From positions 112,496-176,495 of IMG/VR virus record IMGVR_UViG_2974673715_000001: a stretch of 64,000 bases of DNA. One strand, written 5' to 3'. The first letter of the stretch is position 1; the number at the start of each line of letters is the position of its first letter. The position numbers and the translations under genes are program-made. Below, in pieces: positions 56,006-64,000 of the stretch. Under the pieces are notes generated by a model that saw only the letters and a program-made list of their open reading frames with translations, did no database searches and had not been told where the DNA came from. Origin of the DNA: a virus (Duplodnaviria; Caudoviricetes).

Positions 56006-57094
56006 ATGACAACTCTTTCAAGACAAGGCAGACAAGGCGGACTCCTACAAGGATGGCCTGAGTTCTGCGAATGGGTAACAAGCACTAACAACAGACTTTA
56101 TGTTGGTTGGTTCGGTGTCTTAATGATCCCATGTTTATTAACAGCAGCAGCATGTTTCATTGTTGCATTTATTGCTGCACCACCTGTCGATATCGACGGA
56201 ATCAGAGAACCTGTAGCAGGTGCTCTAATGTATGGAAACAACATCATCTCAGGTGCAGTTGTTCCATCTTCAAACGCAATCGGTCTACACTTCTACCCAA
56301 TTTGGGAAGCAGCTACAATCGATGAGTGGTTATATAATGGTGGTCCTTACCAGTTGGTAATCTTCCACTTCCTAATCGGAATCTCTGCCTACATGGGTAG
56401 ACAGTGGGAATTATCATACAGACTAGGTATGAGACCTTGGATCTGTGTTGCTTATTCAGCACCAGTATCTGCAGCATTTGCAGTATTCCTTGTATACCCA
56501 TTTGGTCAGGGTTCTTTCTCTGATGGTATGCCTCTAGGAATTTCTGGAACATTCAACTTCATGTTCGTATTCCAAGCAGAGCACAACATTCTTATGCATC
56601 CCTTCCATATGGCAGGAGTAGCAGGTATGTTCGGTGGATCTCTATTCTCCGCAATGCATGGTTCACTTGTAACATCTTCTCTAATCAGAGAGACTACTGA
56701 GGAAGAATCTCAGAACTATGGTTACAAGTTCGGTCAAGAAGAAGAAACCTATAATATTGTTGCAGCACATGGATACTTCGGTAGATTAATCTTCCAGTAT
56801 GCAAGTTTCAACAACTCAAGAAGTCTTCACTTCTTCCTAGCAGTGTTCCCAGTTGTATGTGTATGGTTAACCTCTATGGGTATCTGTACAATGGCATTCA
56901 ACTTGAACGGATTTAACTTTAACCAATCAGTTGTAGATGTTAACGGTAAGATCATTCCTACATGGGGTGACGTACTTAACAGAGCAAACCTAGGTATGGA
57001 AGTAATGCATGAGCGTAACGCTCACAACTTCCCACTAGACTTAGCATCTGCTGAGACTACAGAGGTTGCTTTAACTGCACCAACAATCGGTTAA
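56006..57094 (+). CDS. psbA: Photosystem II D1 protein
   Basis: [27 protein letters not shown] and [14 protein letters not shown] motifs; uninterrupted; Gln in GGPYQL. Confidence 0.99.
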   Translation: MTTLSRQGRQGGLLQGWPEFCEWVTSTNNRLYVGWFGVLMIPCLLTAAACFIVAFIAAPPVDIDGIREPVAGALMYGNNIISGAVVPSSNAIGLHFYPIWEAATIDEWLYNGGPYQLVIFHFLIGISAYMGRQWELSYRLGMRPWICVAYSAPVSAAFAVFLVYPFGQGSFSDGMPLGISGTFNFMFVFQAEHNILMHPFHMAGVAGMFGGSLFSAMHGSLVTSSLIRETTEEESQNYGYKFGQEEETYNIVAAHGYFGRLIFQYASFNNSRSLHFFLAVFPVVCVWLTSMGICTMAFNLNGFNFNQSVVDVNGKIIPTWGDVLNRANLGMEVMHERNAHNFPLDLASAETTEVALTAPTIG

Positions 57095-57120
57095 ATTAAT
57101 GCTGAGGAGCACAAGCACAA

Positions 57121-57219
57121 ATGACTCAATTTCTCGTAAAATACGGAGGATACTTTTCAATATTTGAATTCATATTCTTTATTGCAATAGGTATCACGTT
57201 AGGACCTGTCCTAACCTAA
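57121..57219 (+). CDS. Small hydrophobic peptide (32 aa)
   Basis: GAGGAG upstream; MTQFLVKYGGYFSIFEFIFFIAIGITLGPVLT. Confidence 0.6.
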   Translation: MTQFLVKYGGYFSIFEFIFFIAIGITLGPVLT

Positions 57220-57226
57220 TCTAAAT

Positions 57227-57252
57227 AGAGGGGTAAGACCCCTCTTTTTTTA
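57227..57252 (+). terminator. Terminator of the psbA transcript
   Basis: agagggg-taaga-cccctct followed by a T run. Confidence 0.8.
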
Positions 57253-58616
57253 TGGCATTTTATTATCCAGAAGGTAGTTTTGGTCCTGTATGTGATCTAC
57301 CTCCCACTGATGCTGAGATAGCACAGAGGGCACGATTTGCTGTGTCTGATACTGAGCGTTTAGGAGAAGACTCTGAACGTGTTGTTACTCTTGATTTGAC
57401 AGGTTTATATGATAGTATGCAAGAAGTTATTGGAGAAGTGCCCTCCTTCTTAAAGCGTCAAAGATGTAAACAAAGAACGTTACCTGATGGCACTATAGAA
57501 AATTACGATTGTGTATGGGAATATCAAGGTGACCTTGGAGAGAATTATGATAGTGGTTGGAATTCTGCAGAGGCAAATAATGAAGTTAGTTTAGGTAATT
57601 CTTTTCCTCAACCAACATTATCTCCAACAAGTTGTTCACAATATCAACCAGACATTAATATTAGACCTCTAACTTTCTTCAATGCTAACGGAACTTTAGT
57701 TACAAAAACTGCTACTGAAGGATCTTCACCAGTAACATTTCCAGTTGAATCTGAGTATCTATGGTCTTCTGAAGCAAATGAATATGGTGTATGGACTAAC
57801 GCAGGAGAGTGTACGTTACCACTCGCACCTCAATCAGTAACATATAAAATTAATATCACAGAAGCAGGAACTTATGGATTTACTTTTGCTGCTGACGATA
57901 CTGGATCTGTAACTATTGGATCAGAGACTAGTGCGTTCATCACAAATAGTGGTGGTATGACAACCACTGGAACTCCCACTACTGCTACAAGATCATTGTC
58001 AGTAGGTGTTTTATTAGTGACAGTTATATGCACGAATGAAGTCGCTAATCCCCCAACGATAACTGATGATGAATATCTTTGGAGAAATAATCCTGGTGGA
58101 TGGTATCTCAAGATATGTAAGGGTGGAGCATGTGGAAGTGCAACCAGTATTTCTTGGGTAACCTCAGGTCCTCATCCTCTATGGTCATCATTCATGAATA
58201 CTTACGCAGTATTCCCAAGTGATAATGATCCTTTACTAGATGCTGCTCAAACAGCAACTTATAATATAAATATTCCTACAGCAGGTAATTATGATTTTGA
58301 ATGTCAGGCAGATAACACTGCTACATTCACACTTGATGGAACACAGATTGCGACGTCCAGTTCATATACAACAAGTAGCACTGCTACACTTTCTAACTTG
58401 AGTGCAGGAATGCATACTTTAGTTGTCTCAGTTACTAACACTACTACATCTGGTAACGTAGCTAATACTTGGACAGATAATCCTGGTGGTGCAGCATGGA
58501 CAATTTCTCAATCTGGTGCTATAATAGCTTCATCATTAAATCTTTCTACATCTGGTGACGGAAATCTTTTCTGGCACACTAGAAAGGCAACAGGATACAC
58601 ATACTCAATCACATAA
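57252..58616 (+). CDS. Putative virion protein with duplicated PA14-like beta-sandwich domains
   Basis: Two repeats of YxINIxxAGxYxFxxxADxT...W..NPGG; Ser/Thr-rich; CTAAATA upstream. Confidence 0.65.
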   Translation: MAFYYPEGSFGPVCDLPPTDAEIAQRARFAVSDTERLGEDSERVVTLDLTGLYDSMQEVIGEVPSFLKRQRCKQRTLPDGTIENYDCVWEYQGDLGENYDSGWNSAEANNEVSLGNSFPQPTLSPTSCSQYQPDINIRPLTFFNANGTLVTKTATEGSSPVTFPVESEYLWSSEANEYGVWTNAGECTLPLAPQSVTYKINITEAGTYGFTFAADDTGSVTIGSETSAFITNSGGMTTTGTPTTATRSLSVGVLLVTVICTNEVANPPTITDDEYLWRNNPGGWYLKICKGGACGSATSISWVTSGPHPLWSSFMNTYAVFPSDNDPLLDAAQTATYNINIPTAGNYDFECQADNTATFTLDGTQIATSSSYTTSSTATLSNLSAGMHTLVVSVTNTTTSGNVANTWTDNPGGAAWTISQSGAIIASSLNLSTSGDGNLFWHTRKATGYTYSIT

Positions 58617-58873
58617 TGGAACTCCCCAAAATCCCAAACGATCAACTACCTAAAGAGATAAAAGAAATTGTAGGTGATGCTGATGCACACTTTGATTTGG
58701 TTGTAGATCCTACGGAAATCATTGACGTACCCTTAGACACAGATGAATACTTTGAAGGAAAATATCAAGTGCAAAAAATGTTAATTGAAAACCGTAAACG
58801 AACACACGAATACCATGAATCCAAAAGAAACAATCAAAGCAGCAAAAAGAATCATCAAGGAACGCAAGATTAA
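58616..58873 (+). CDS. Hypothetical protein
   Basis: TAATG-coupled; MELPKIP. Confidence 0.7.
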   Translation: MELPKIPNDQLPKEIKEIVGDADAHFDLVVDPTEIIDVPLDTDEYFEGKYQVQKMLIENRKRTHEYHESKRNNQSSKKNHQGTQD

Positions 58874-58961
58874 TAAAAAATTGTGGACTAAAGAAGATGC
58901 TCTCTTTGCCAAATTAATCAAAAGAAGGGCAAAGAAAAAATTGGCAGAAGAAAACACTTGA
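58815..58961 (+). CDS. Small basic protein (48 aa)
   Basis: MNPKETIKAAKRIIKERK...WTKEDALFAKLIKRRAKKK. Confidence 0.6.
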   Translation: MNPKETIKAAKRIIKERKINKKLWTKEDALFAKLIKRRAKKKLAEENT

Positions 58962-58991
58962 CAGATCCCAAAGAAAGTGTTAGTATAAATA
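58958..58991 (+). promoter_or_regulatory. Dual sigma70/late promoter
   Basis: TTGACA-17-TAGTAT overlapping TATAAATA (58984-91). Confidence 0.75.
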
Positions 58992-58993
58992 CT

Positions 58994-59120
58994 CGAAGCG
59001 AAGGACGCTTCGCGAACAAAGATTTCCGAATGGCTCAATTACTCCCGCTAGGTCTCTACAGTTCAAAACCTAACGAGAACACGTCGAGTTCTCTAACATC
59101 TGCAGGTATAACTCTGCAAG
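58994..59120 (+). ncRNA. Structured 5' leader of the OMP-like gene
   Basis: Four hairpins: cgaagcg/cgcttcg, taggt/accta, gagaac/gttctc, tgcag/ctgca. Confidence 0.5.
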
Positions 59121-59136
59121 AAAATAAGAAAAACAA

Positions 59137-59496
59137 ATGATTAAATCAACAATCGCTGCAGTCGCTGCAGCCCCTCTTCTAGTATCTGGTGCAGCTTTTG
59201 CTGGTCCATATGTTAACTTAGAAGCAACTGGATCATATCCTGATGGAACATACACATCTGGTGGATTAGAAGCAGTTGTAGGATACGAAGGAGAAACACC
59301 TGGTGGTATCGGTTGGTACGTATCTGGTGGTCCTACTGTAACTCATACAGAATCAACTGATGAGTTCGGAGACGTTGAATTAGTAGGATACCTTGGTGGA
59401 TCTTACGATAAGTTCTACGGAGAAATCTCTGGTGTAACTACATCTGATGACGACATTGACTTCTCTGCTAAGGCAGGTGTTAAGTTCGTTTTCTAA
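59137..59496 (+). CDS. Small outer-membrane beta-barrel-like protein
   Basis: Signal peptide ending AAFA, GPYVNLE, alternating beta strands and C-terminal KAGVKFVF. Confidence 0.8.
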   Translation: MIKSTIAAVAAAPLLVSGAAFAGPYVNLEATGSYPDGTYTSGGLEAVVGYEGETPGGIGWYVSGGPTVTHTESTDEFGDVELVGYLGGSYDKFYGEISGVTTSDDDIDFSAKAGVKFVF

Positions 59497-59520
59497 ACGC
59501 ATCTATATAAGATGAATCCA

Positions 59521-59544
59521 AGGGACTCTATGAGTCCCTTTTTT
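59521..59544 (+). terminator. Rho-independent terminator
   Basis: agggactc-tat-gagtccct followed by Ts. Confidence 0.8.
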
Positions 59545-59560
59545 ATTCTACTAAACTATT

Positions 59561-59797
59561 ATGAATTTTACTGTTTACACACGAGACGGTTGTCCTTACT
59601 GCACTCAAATCAAACAAGTATTAGAAGGAAAAAAATATAATTATCGGGAATACAGATTGGGGGTTGACTTTCAAAGAGAAGCATTCTATAATCAATTTGG
59701 AGAGGGATCAACTTTCCCTCAAGTTGTATTAGGTGGCACCAATCTTGGTGGTTGCACTGATACAGTTCGATACCTTCGTGAAAACAACCTTATCTGA
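59561..59797 (+). CDS. nrdC: Glutaredoxin
   Basis: CPYC, TFPQV and LGGC motifs. Confidence 0.93.
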   Translation: MNFTVYTRDGCPYCTQIKQVLEGKKYNYREYRLGVDFQREAFYNQFGEGSTFPQVVLGGTNLGGCTDTVRYLRENNLI

Positions 59798-60144
59798 TGG
59801 AAGAATTTTACGGTCTTGTTGAATCTGCTATTGATGCTGCGTTTGAAAAGAATATGTTTCTCTTCAAACCGTATAATTATTTGACTCACAGCAAGATTAA
59901 ACGTAAAGAAATACAAGAGTTCATTGATAGCACAACTGCTAAGGAATTAGCATTGACTATTTCTGATCTCGATGCATATGTCAAGGGTGGATCTGACTCT
60001 TATCATCAGTTACTTCGTGAAGCATATGGGCATCTTGGTAAACCAAAAGCAAGGAAAATTTCAAAGTACTTGTCACAGATTTTGATAGATGCTCGGCAAT
60101 ACGAATGGTATAAGAGACCAGGTCGTAGGAAAACCTCTAAATAA
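59797..60144 (+). CDS. Conserved hypothetical protein
   Basis: QLLREAYGHLGKPKARKI. Confidence 0.8.
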   Translation: MEEFYGLVESAIDAAFEKNMFLFKPYNYLTHSKIKRKEIQEFIDSTTAKELALTISDLDAYVKGGSDSYHQLLREAYGHLGKPKARKISKYLSQILIDARQYEWYKRPGRRKTSK

Positions 60145-60164
60145 AAATAGCTAAGGAGAGTCCT

Positions 60165-60401
60165 ATGGAAATTGCACTTGTAGTATTAACAACAATCGGT
60201 GCTTTTATTCTTGGTATAACCGTCTCTTGGTTAGCGAAAGGGTACGTTGAAGATTACATCGAAAACGCTGCCTATGCAAAATCGGTCACACATCCTGAGA
60301 TGTTTGATGAAGACGGTGACATGATTCATGATGAACTAATCTATATTCGACCAGACTATAGGTTCTTACAACATGAAGATGACGATGACGATGATGATTA
60401 A
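60165..60401 (+). CDS. Small membrane protein with acidic tail
   Basis: N-terminal TM, HPEMFDEDG, poly-Asp end. Confidence 0.8.
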   Translation: MEIALVVLTTIGAFILGITVSWLAKGYVEDYIENAAYAKSVTHPEMFDEDGDMIHDELIYIRPDYRFLQHEDDDDDDD

Positions 60402-60407
60402 CAAATT

Positions 60408-60875
60408 ATGCCTACACGATCAATTGAAAACAGTAACTCTAGGTTACTAATTAGTGAGATCCTAAGAAAGGTCTCAAATGCTAAAACTAAAAAAGAAAAA
60501 GTTGACTTGCTGAAGAAACACAACACTCCCGCACTACGTCAACTAATGATCATCAACTTTGATGAGAGTATTGTATCAGAACTCCCCGAAGGTGAGGTTC
60601 CATACACTCCTAACGATGCCCCTGTAGGGACAGATCATACTAGACTTGAACAAGAATACAGAGGACTATACAGATTCTTCAAAGGAGGAGACAATCGTCT
60701 CAAGTCTTTGAAGAGAGAGTCCATGTTTGTGCAACTTCTAGAAGGATTGTCTGCTGAGGAAGCAGAACTTTTGGTTCTATGTAAGGACGGAAAGATGGGA
60801 GATAAGTATAAGAGAATCACTAAGGCAGTAGTTTCTGAAGCATTTCCATCTATTGAATGGGGAGGCAGAAGTTGA
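60408..60875 (+). CDS. Conserved T4-like hypothetical protein (DUF6433-like)
   Basis: LPEGEVPY...KRESMFVQLLEGL...EAELL. Confidence 0.8.
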   Translation: MPTRSIENSNSRLLISEILRKVSNAKTKKEKVDLLKKHNTPALRQLMIINFDESIVSELPEGEVPYTPNDAPVGTDHTRLEQEYRGLYRFFKGGDNRLKSLKRESMFVQLLEGLSAEEAELLVLCKDGKMGDKYKRITKAVVSEAFPSIEWGGRS

Positions 60876-61141
60876 AAGGAGTTCGAGTTTTCAAAGAAAA
60901 ATGCACTCCCGATGATGCAAAAGATAAATCATTACCTTACACCGCCTATTTGGTTGAGTATAAGGTAGATGATAAACCTGCGTTTGATATTGCAATCGCA
61001 AGTAAAGCAGTAGATCTTTTTGATTATTACTATGATCTTTATAAAAAGAACTTTGTAAAGTTTACACAATCAGAAGGTAGAATTAACCCTAAATTATGGA
61101 ACGATCCAACACAGAAGAAAGGCAAGCGAAACAAAAGATGA
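60872..61141 (+). CDS. Conserved hypothetical protein
   Basis: LPYTAYLVEY...FDYYYD...GRINPKLW; TTG start after GGAGG. Confidence 0.75.
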   Translation: MKGVRVFKEKCTPDDAKDKSLPYTAYLVEYKVDDKPAFDIAIASKAVDLFDYYYDLYKKNFVKFTQSEGRINPKLWNDPTQKKGKRNKR

Positions 61142-61368
61142 GCGTCTACTTTGACCGTAGAAAAGCACTCGATGCAGAGGAAAAGAAAAAGAATGAAGAA
61201 GCAGCAAAAGCAGTTGCTAGAGTAGTTCAATTCTTTGTTCAACCTGCGATTGTTATGCTACTATGGAATTGGTTGATGCCAGGTTTGTTTGGTCTTGCCA
61301 CTATTGGATATCTAAAAGCGTTTGGTTTGTATCTGATGTCTAAAATTTTATTTGGAAAGTATGAGTAA
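61138..61368 (+). CDS. Small membrane protein
   Basis: MLLWNWLMPGLFGLATIGYLKAFGL. Confidence 0.75.
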   Translation: MSVYFDRRKALDAEEKKKNEEAAKAVARVVQFFVQPAIVMLLWNWLMPGLFGLATIGYLKAFGLYLMSKILFGKYE

Positions 61369-62068
61369 AGTATGTTTGATATCTGTGACTCCTGATGCAG
61401 AAAAAACTATCGGGTATGTTGCTAGGGTGAGTAATCCTAAAAACCAAGAGAACCCTGATGTCGGGGGTTTACTTAAGTATTGTATTAAGCACGGTCATTG
61501 GAGTGTCTTTGAACAAGCGTTCATGACTCTAGAGATTAACACGACTCGTGCTATTGCTGCTCAAGTCCTAAGGCATAGGTCGTTCACATATCAAGAATTT
61601 TCACAGAGGTACGCTGACTCTTCTCTACTTGCAGATAGCATCCCTCTTCCAGAACTACGTCGTCAAGACGATAAGAATAGACAGAATAGTATTGATGATG
61701 TAGATCCATTTATCAAACAGGACTACGAGTTAAAAATGCAAAGGCATTTTGTAGATGCAATGAAACTCTATAAAGAAATGCTTCACTCAGGTATTGCAAA
61801 AGAATGTGCTAGAATGGTATTGCCTCTAGCAACACCAACTAAAATGTATATGAGTGGATCACTTCGCTCATGGATTCATTACATTGATCTGCGTTCTGCT
61901 AATGGAACACAGAAAGAACATATGAAAATTGCAGAAGCATGCAAACAACATTTCATATGTCAGTTCCCAATCATCTCCAAGGCACTTGATTGGTGTCCTG
62001 ATGATGATTGTAAATGTTCTGATGAAGACTACTACAATGACCTACAACCCTGTTTGAGGATAGATTAA
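61361..62068 (+). CDS. thyX: Flavin-dependent thymidylate synthase
   Basis: GHWSVFE, QVLRHRSFTYQEFSQRY and ECARMVLP motifs. Confidence 0.96.
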   Translation: MSKVCLISVTPDAEKTIGYVARVSNPKNQENPDVGGLLKYCIKHGHWSVFEQAFMTLEINTTRAIAAQVLRHRSFTYQEFSQRYADSSLLADSIPLPELRRQDDKNRQNSIDDVDPFIKQDYELKMQRHFVDAMKLYKEMLHSGIAKECARMVLPLATPTKMYMSGSLRSWIHYIDLRSANGTQKEHMKIAEACKQHFICQFPIISKALDWCPDDDCKCSDEDYYNDLQPCLRID

Positions 62069-62298
62069 TGCCTACTTACCCAGTGATAAACAAAAAAACT
62101 GAAGAGAAAAAAGAACTCCACATGACCATGAAAGAATATGATCAGTGGAGAAAAGATAATCCCGATTGGGATAAAGACTGGCAAGCAGGTGTTGGAGGTA
62201 TGACCTATGGTCAACCTAAGATGGAGGACGGATTCAAAGAAGTCATGTCCAAAGTCCAATCAGCACATCCTAAAGCGAATCTATCTCGTTTCACATAA
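62068..62298 (+). CDS. Conserved hypothetical protein
   Basis: MPTYPVINKKT...W...NPDW...GFKEVMSKV; precedes phoH. Confidence 0.8.
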   Translation: MPTYPVINKKTEEKKELHMTMKEYDQWRKDNPDWDKDWQAGVGGMTYGQPKMEDGFKEVMSKVQSAHPKANLSRFT

Positions 62299-63059
62299 TG
62301 GCAAAAGCAAGAAAAGGAACTAACTCTCCTAAAACTTTCCCCAATGGTATGTCGAGGAAACACATGAAACGTAAGAAACCTATCGACTCATCATACATGA
62401 CAGAGGTTAAACCTCTGACAGATAATCAGACACTAGCATTTGCTCAGTATGCTGAAGGTAAGAACTTGTTACTGCATGGTGCTGCAGGAACAGGTAAAAC
62501 TTTTATTACTTTATATCTTGCTTTGCAAGAAGTGCTTGACGAAAACACAGCGTATGATAAAATATACATTGTAAGGTCTCTAGTTCCTACTAGAGAGATT
62601 GGTTTCCTACCAGGTGACCATGAAGATAAATCTGCACTATATCAGATTCCATACAAAAATATGGTAAGGTATATGTTTAGTATGCCTGATGACAACTCCT
62701 TTGAAATGTTATATGATAACTTACGAGCACAAGAAACTATTTCGTTTTGGTCTACTTCTTTTATTCGTGGAGTCACTCTTGATAATGCTATTGTTATTGT
62801 CGATGAGTTCAGTAACTTAAACTTTCATGAGTTGGATTCTATGATTACCCGCATAGGTGAAGACAGTAAGATTATGTTCTGTGGTGACATTACCCAGTCT
62901 GATCTTACACGAGAGAATGATAAGTCTGGTATCTCAGACTTTATAAAAATCCTACAGGAGATGAATGAGTTTTCATGCATTGAGTTTGATATCAATGATA
63001 TCGTTCGCTCAGGACTTGTTAAGTCTTATCTCTTGTCAAAATATAATCTTGGTTTCTAA
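62298..63059 (+). CDS. phoH: PhoH-family ATPase
   Basis: GAAGTGKT, REIGFLPG, FIRGVTL, CGDITQSD and DIVRSGLV motifs. Confidence 0.96.
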   Translation: MAKARKGTNSPKTFPNGMSRKHMKRKKPIDSSYMTEVKPLTDNQTLAFAQYAEGKNLLLHGAAGTGKTFITLYLALQEVLDENTAYDKIYIVRSLVPTREIGFLPGDHEDKSALYQIPYKNMVRYMFSMPDDNSFEMLYDNLRAQETISFWSTSFIRGVTLDNAIVIVDEFSNLNFHELDSMITRIGEDSKIMFCGDITQSDLTRENDKSGISDFIKILQEMNEFSCIEFDINDIVRSGLVKSYLLSKYNLGF

Positions 63060-63736
63060 TGTTTAAATTCGTTGATGTTGGTAATATTTCAGTTGAAGTA
63101 GAACCAGTAAGTAAAGATGGAGTACGTTTCTATCCTATTCCTGGTGCGGATAAATATTATCCAAGCGTAACCTCAATCACATCGTTTAAGAACGCACAGT
63201 TTTTCAAAGATTGGAGAACCCGAATAGGTGAGGACGAGGCAAATCGCATCACTGCTAGAGCAACTCAACGAGGAACAGCATTTCATAACATTGCGGAAGA
63301 TTATTTCAAAGGTGAATTAAACCTTGACAGATACTTGGAAAATACTCCATTGTCTGTTAGAATGTTTCAATCAGCAAAGTCTACACTAAACCGAATCAAT
63401 AACATTCATTGTCTAGAGACATTTCTCTATTCACACTATCTTGGTTTAGCAGGTCGAGTAGATTGCATTGCTGAGTTCGATGGCGAGTTGGCAGTGATCG
63501 ATTTCAAAACGTCCACTAAAGAAAAAAAGGAAGATCATATCGAGAACTATTTTGTTCAAGAAACTGCATACGCAGCGATGTTCCTAGAACGTTCAGGAAT
63601 TGAGGTCAAGAAAATTGTCACACTTATCGCCACTGAAGAAGGATCTATTCAAGTATTTGAGAAGTACAATCTTGATGACTATTTACAGTTACTTAAAACC
63701 TACATCGAAGAATTTGTTAGGGGAAGACATGCCTAA
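63059..63736 (+). CDS. PD-(D/E)XK exonuclease
   Basis: YPSVT, RGTAFH, LAGRVDC, IDFKTS and YFVQETAYA motifs. Confidence 0.9.
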   Translation: MFKFVDVGNISVEVEPVSKDGVRFYPIPGADKYYPSVTSITSFKNAQFFKDWRTRIGEDEANRITARATQRGTAFHNIAEDYFKGELNLDRYLENTPLSVRMFQSAKSTLNRINNIHCLETFLYSHYLGLAGRVDCIAEFDGELAVIDFKTSTKEKKEDHIENYFVQETAYAAMFLERSGIEVKKIVTLIATEEGSIQVFEKYNLDDYLQLLKTYIEEFVRGRHA

Positions 63737-63980
63737 AGAAAAACTTGAGGATAAATTTTTAACACCTACCAAATTCTCACAAGAGATTGAAAGGTTAGTT
63801 AAGAAAAGTAATGGTCTCATTACATATATTGAAGCAGTAGTTACATACTGCCAAGAGAATGAGATCGAGGTAGAGACAGTTCCCAAACTGATTTCTAAAC
63901 CGTTGAAAGAACGTTTGCGTCACGAAGCACAACGTTTGAATTATATGAAAGCATCTTCTAAAGGAGTATTACCACTGTGA
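63729..63980 (+). CDS. g33: Late transcription coactivator gp33
   Basis: FSQEIE..V...YIEAVVTYC...LISKPLKERL...LPL. Confidence 0.88.
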   Translation: MPKEKLEDKFLTPTKFSQEIERLVKKSNGLITYIEAVVTYCQENEIEVETVPKLISKPLKERLRHEAQRLNYMKASSKGVLPL

Positions 63981-64000
63981 CAGGGTTTGAAGTGTATAAG
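63977..64000 (+). CDS. g59: Probable helicase loader gp59, 5' end (partial)
   Basis: GTG start MTGFEVYK coupled to g33; assignment rests on synteny only. Confidence 0.6.

Noticed and set aside
32039-57094. Introns or inteins in g43, g41, nrdA, nrdB and psbA
   Set aside because: All are continuous ORFs of normal length without intein or intron signatures
58958-59140. 60-aa ORF from the track spanning the OMP leader
   Set aside because: Its TTG start is the -35 hexamer; the region is better explained as promoter plus structured leader
1-64000. CRISPR array, integrase or transposon
   Set aside because: No regularly spaced direct repeats or recombinase/transposase motifs seen; the exonuclease at 63059 is the standard T4-like PD-(D/E)XK gene, not evidence of a Cas locus

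Overview
This is 64 kb of a T4-like marine cyanomyovirus (Kyanoviridae-type). A Prochlorococcus host is likely, given the AT-rich sequence, the Prochlorococcus-type D1 termini and the four hli genes. The window runs from the 3' end of terminase g17 through the head/tail genes g18-g23, the recombination/replication core (g3, uvsY, uvsW, g55, g47, g46, g45, g44, g62, regA, g43, uvsX, g41, g61, nrdAB, nrdC, thyX, g33, start of g59) and auxiliary metabolic genes (hsp20, pstS, mazG, talC, 4x hli, psbA, phoH, three 2OG-Fe(II) oxygenases, cobS/cobT-like pair), plus one tRNA-Arg(UCU). The most unusual element is at ~50.83-51.75 kb. Two tandem glnA-type (glutamine-I) riboswitch-like aptamers each appear to have their P2 loop replaced by a complete small ORF, with the start codon in the 5' P2 strand and the stop codon in the 3' junction. 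They lie behind a promoter overlapped by a GTA-N8-TAC (NtcA-type) palindrome and ahead of DUF4278-like YRG peptides. Other notable signals are a back-to-back divergent sigma70 promoter at g55, a ROSE-like thermometer on hsp20, an 11-bp-periodic Pho box at pstS, an ORF whose stop codon lies in the tRNA anticodon loop, and several structured intergenic RNAs. All family assignments come from motif recognition by eye; no database searches were run.
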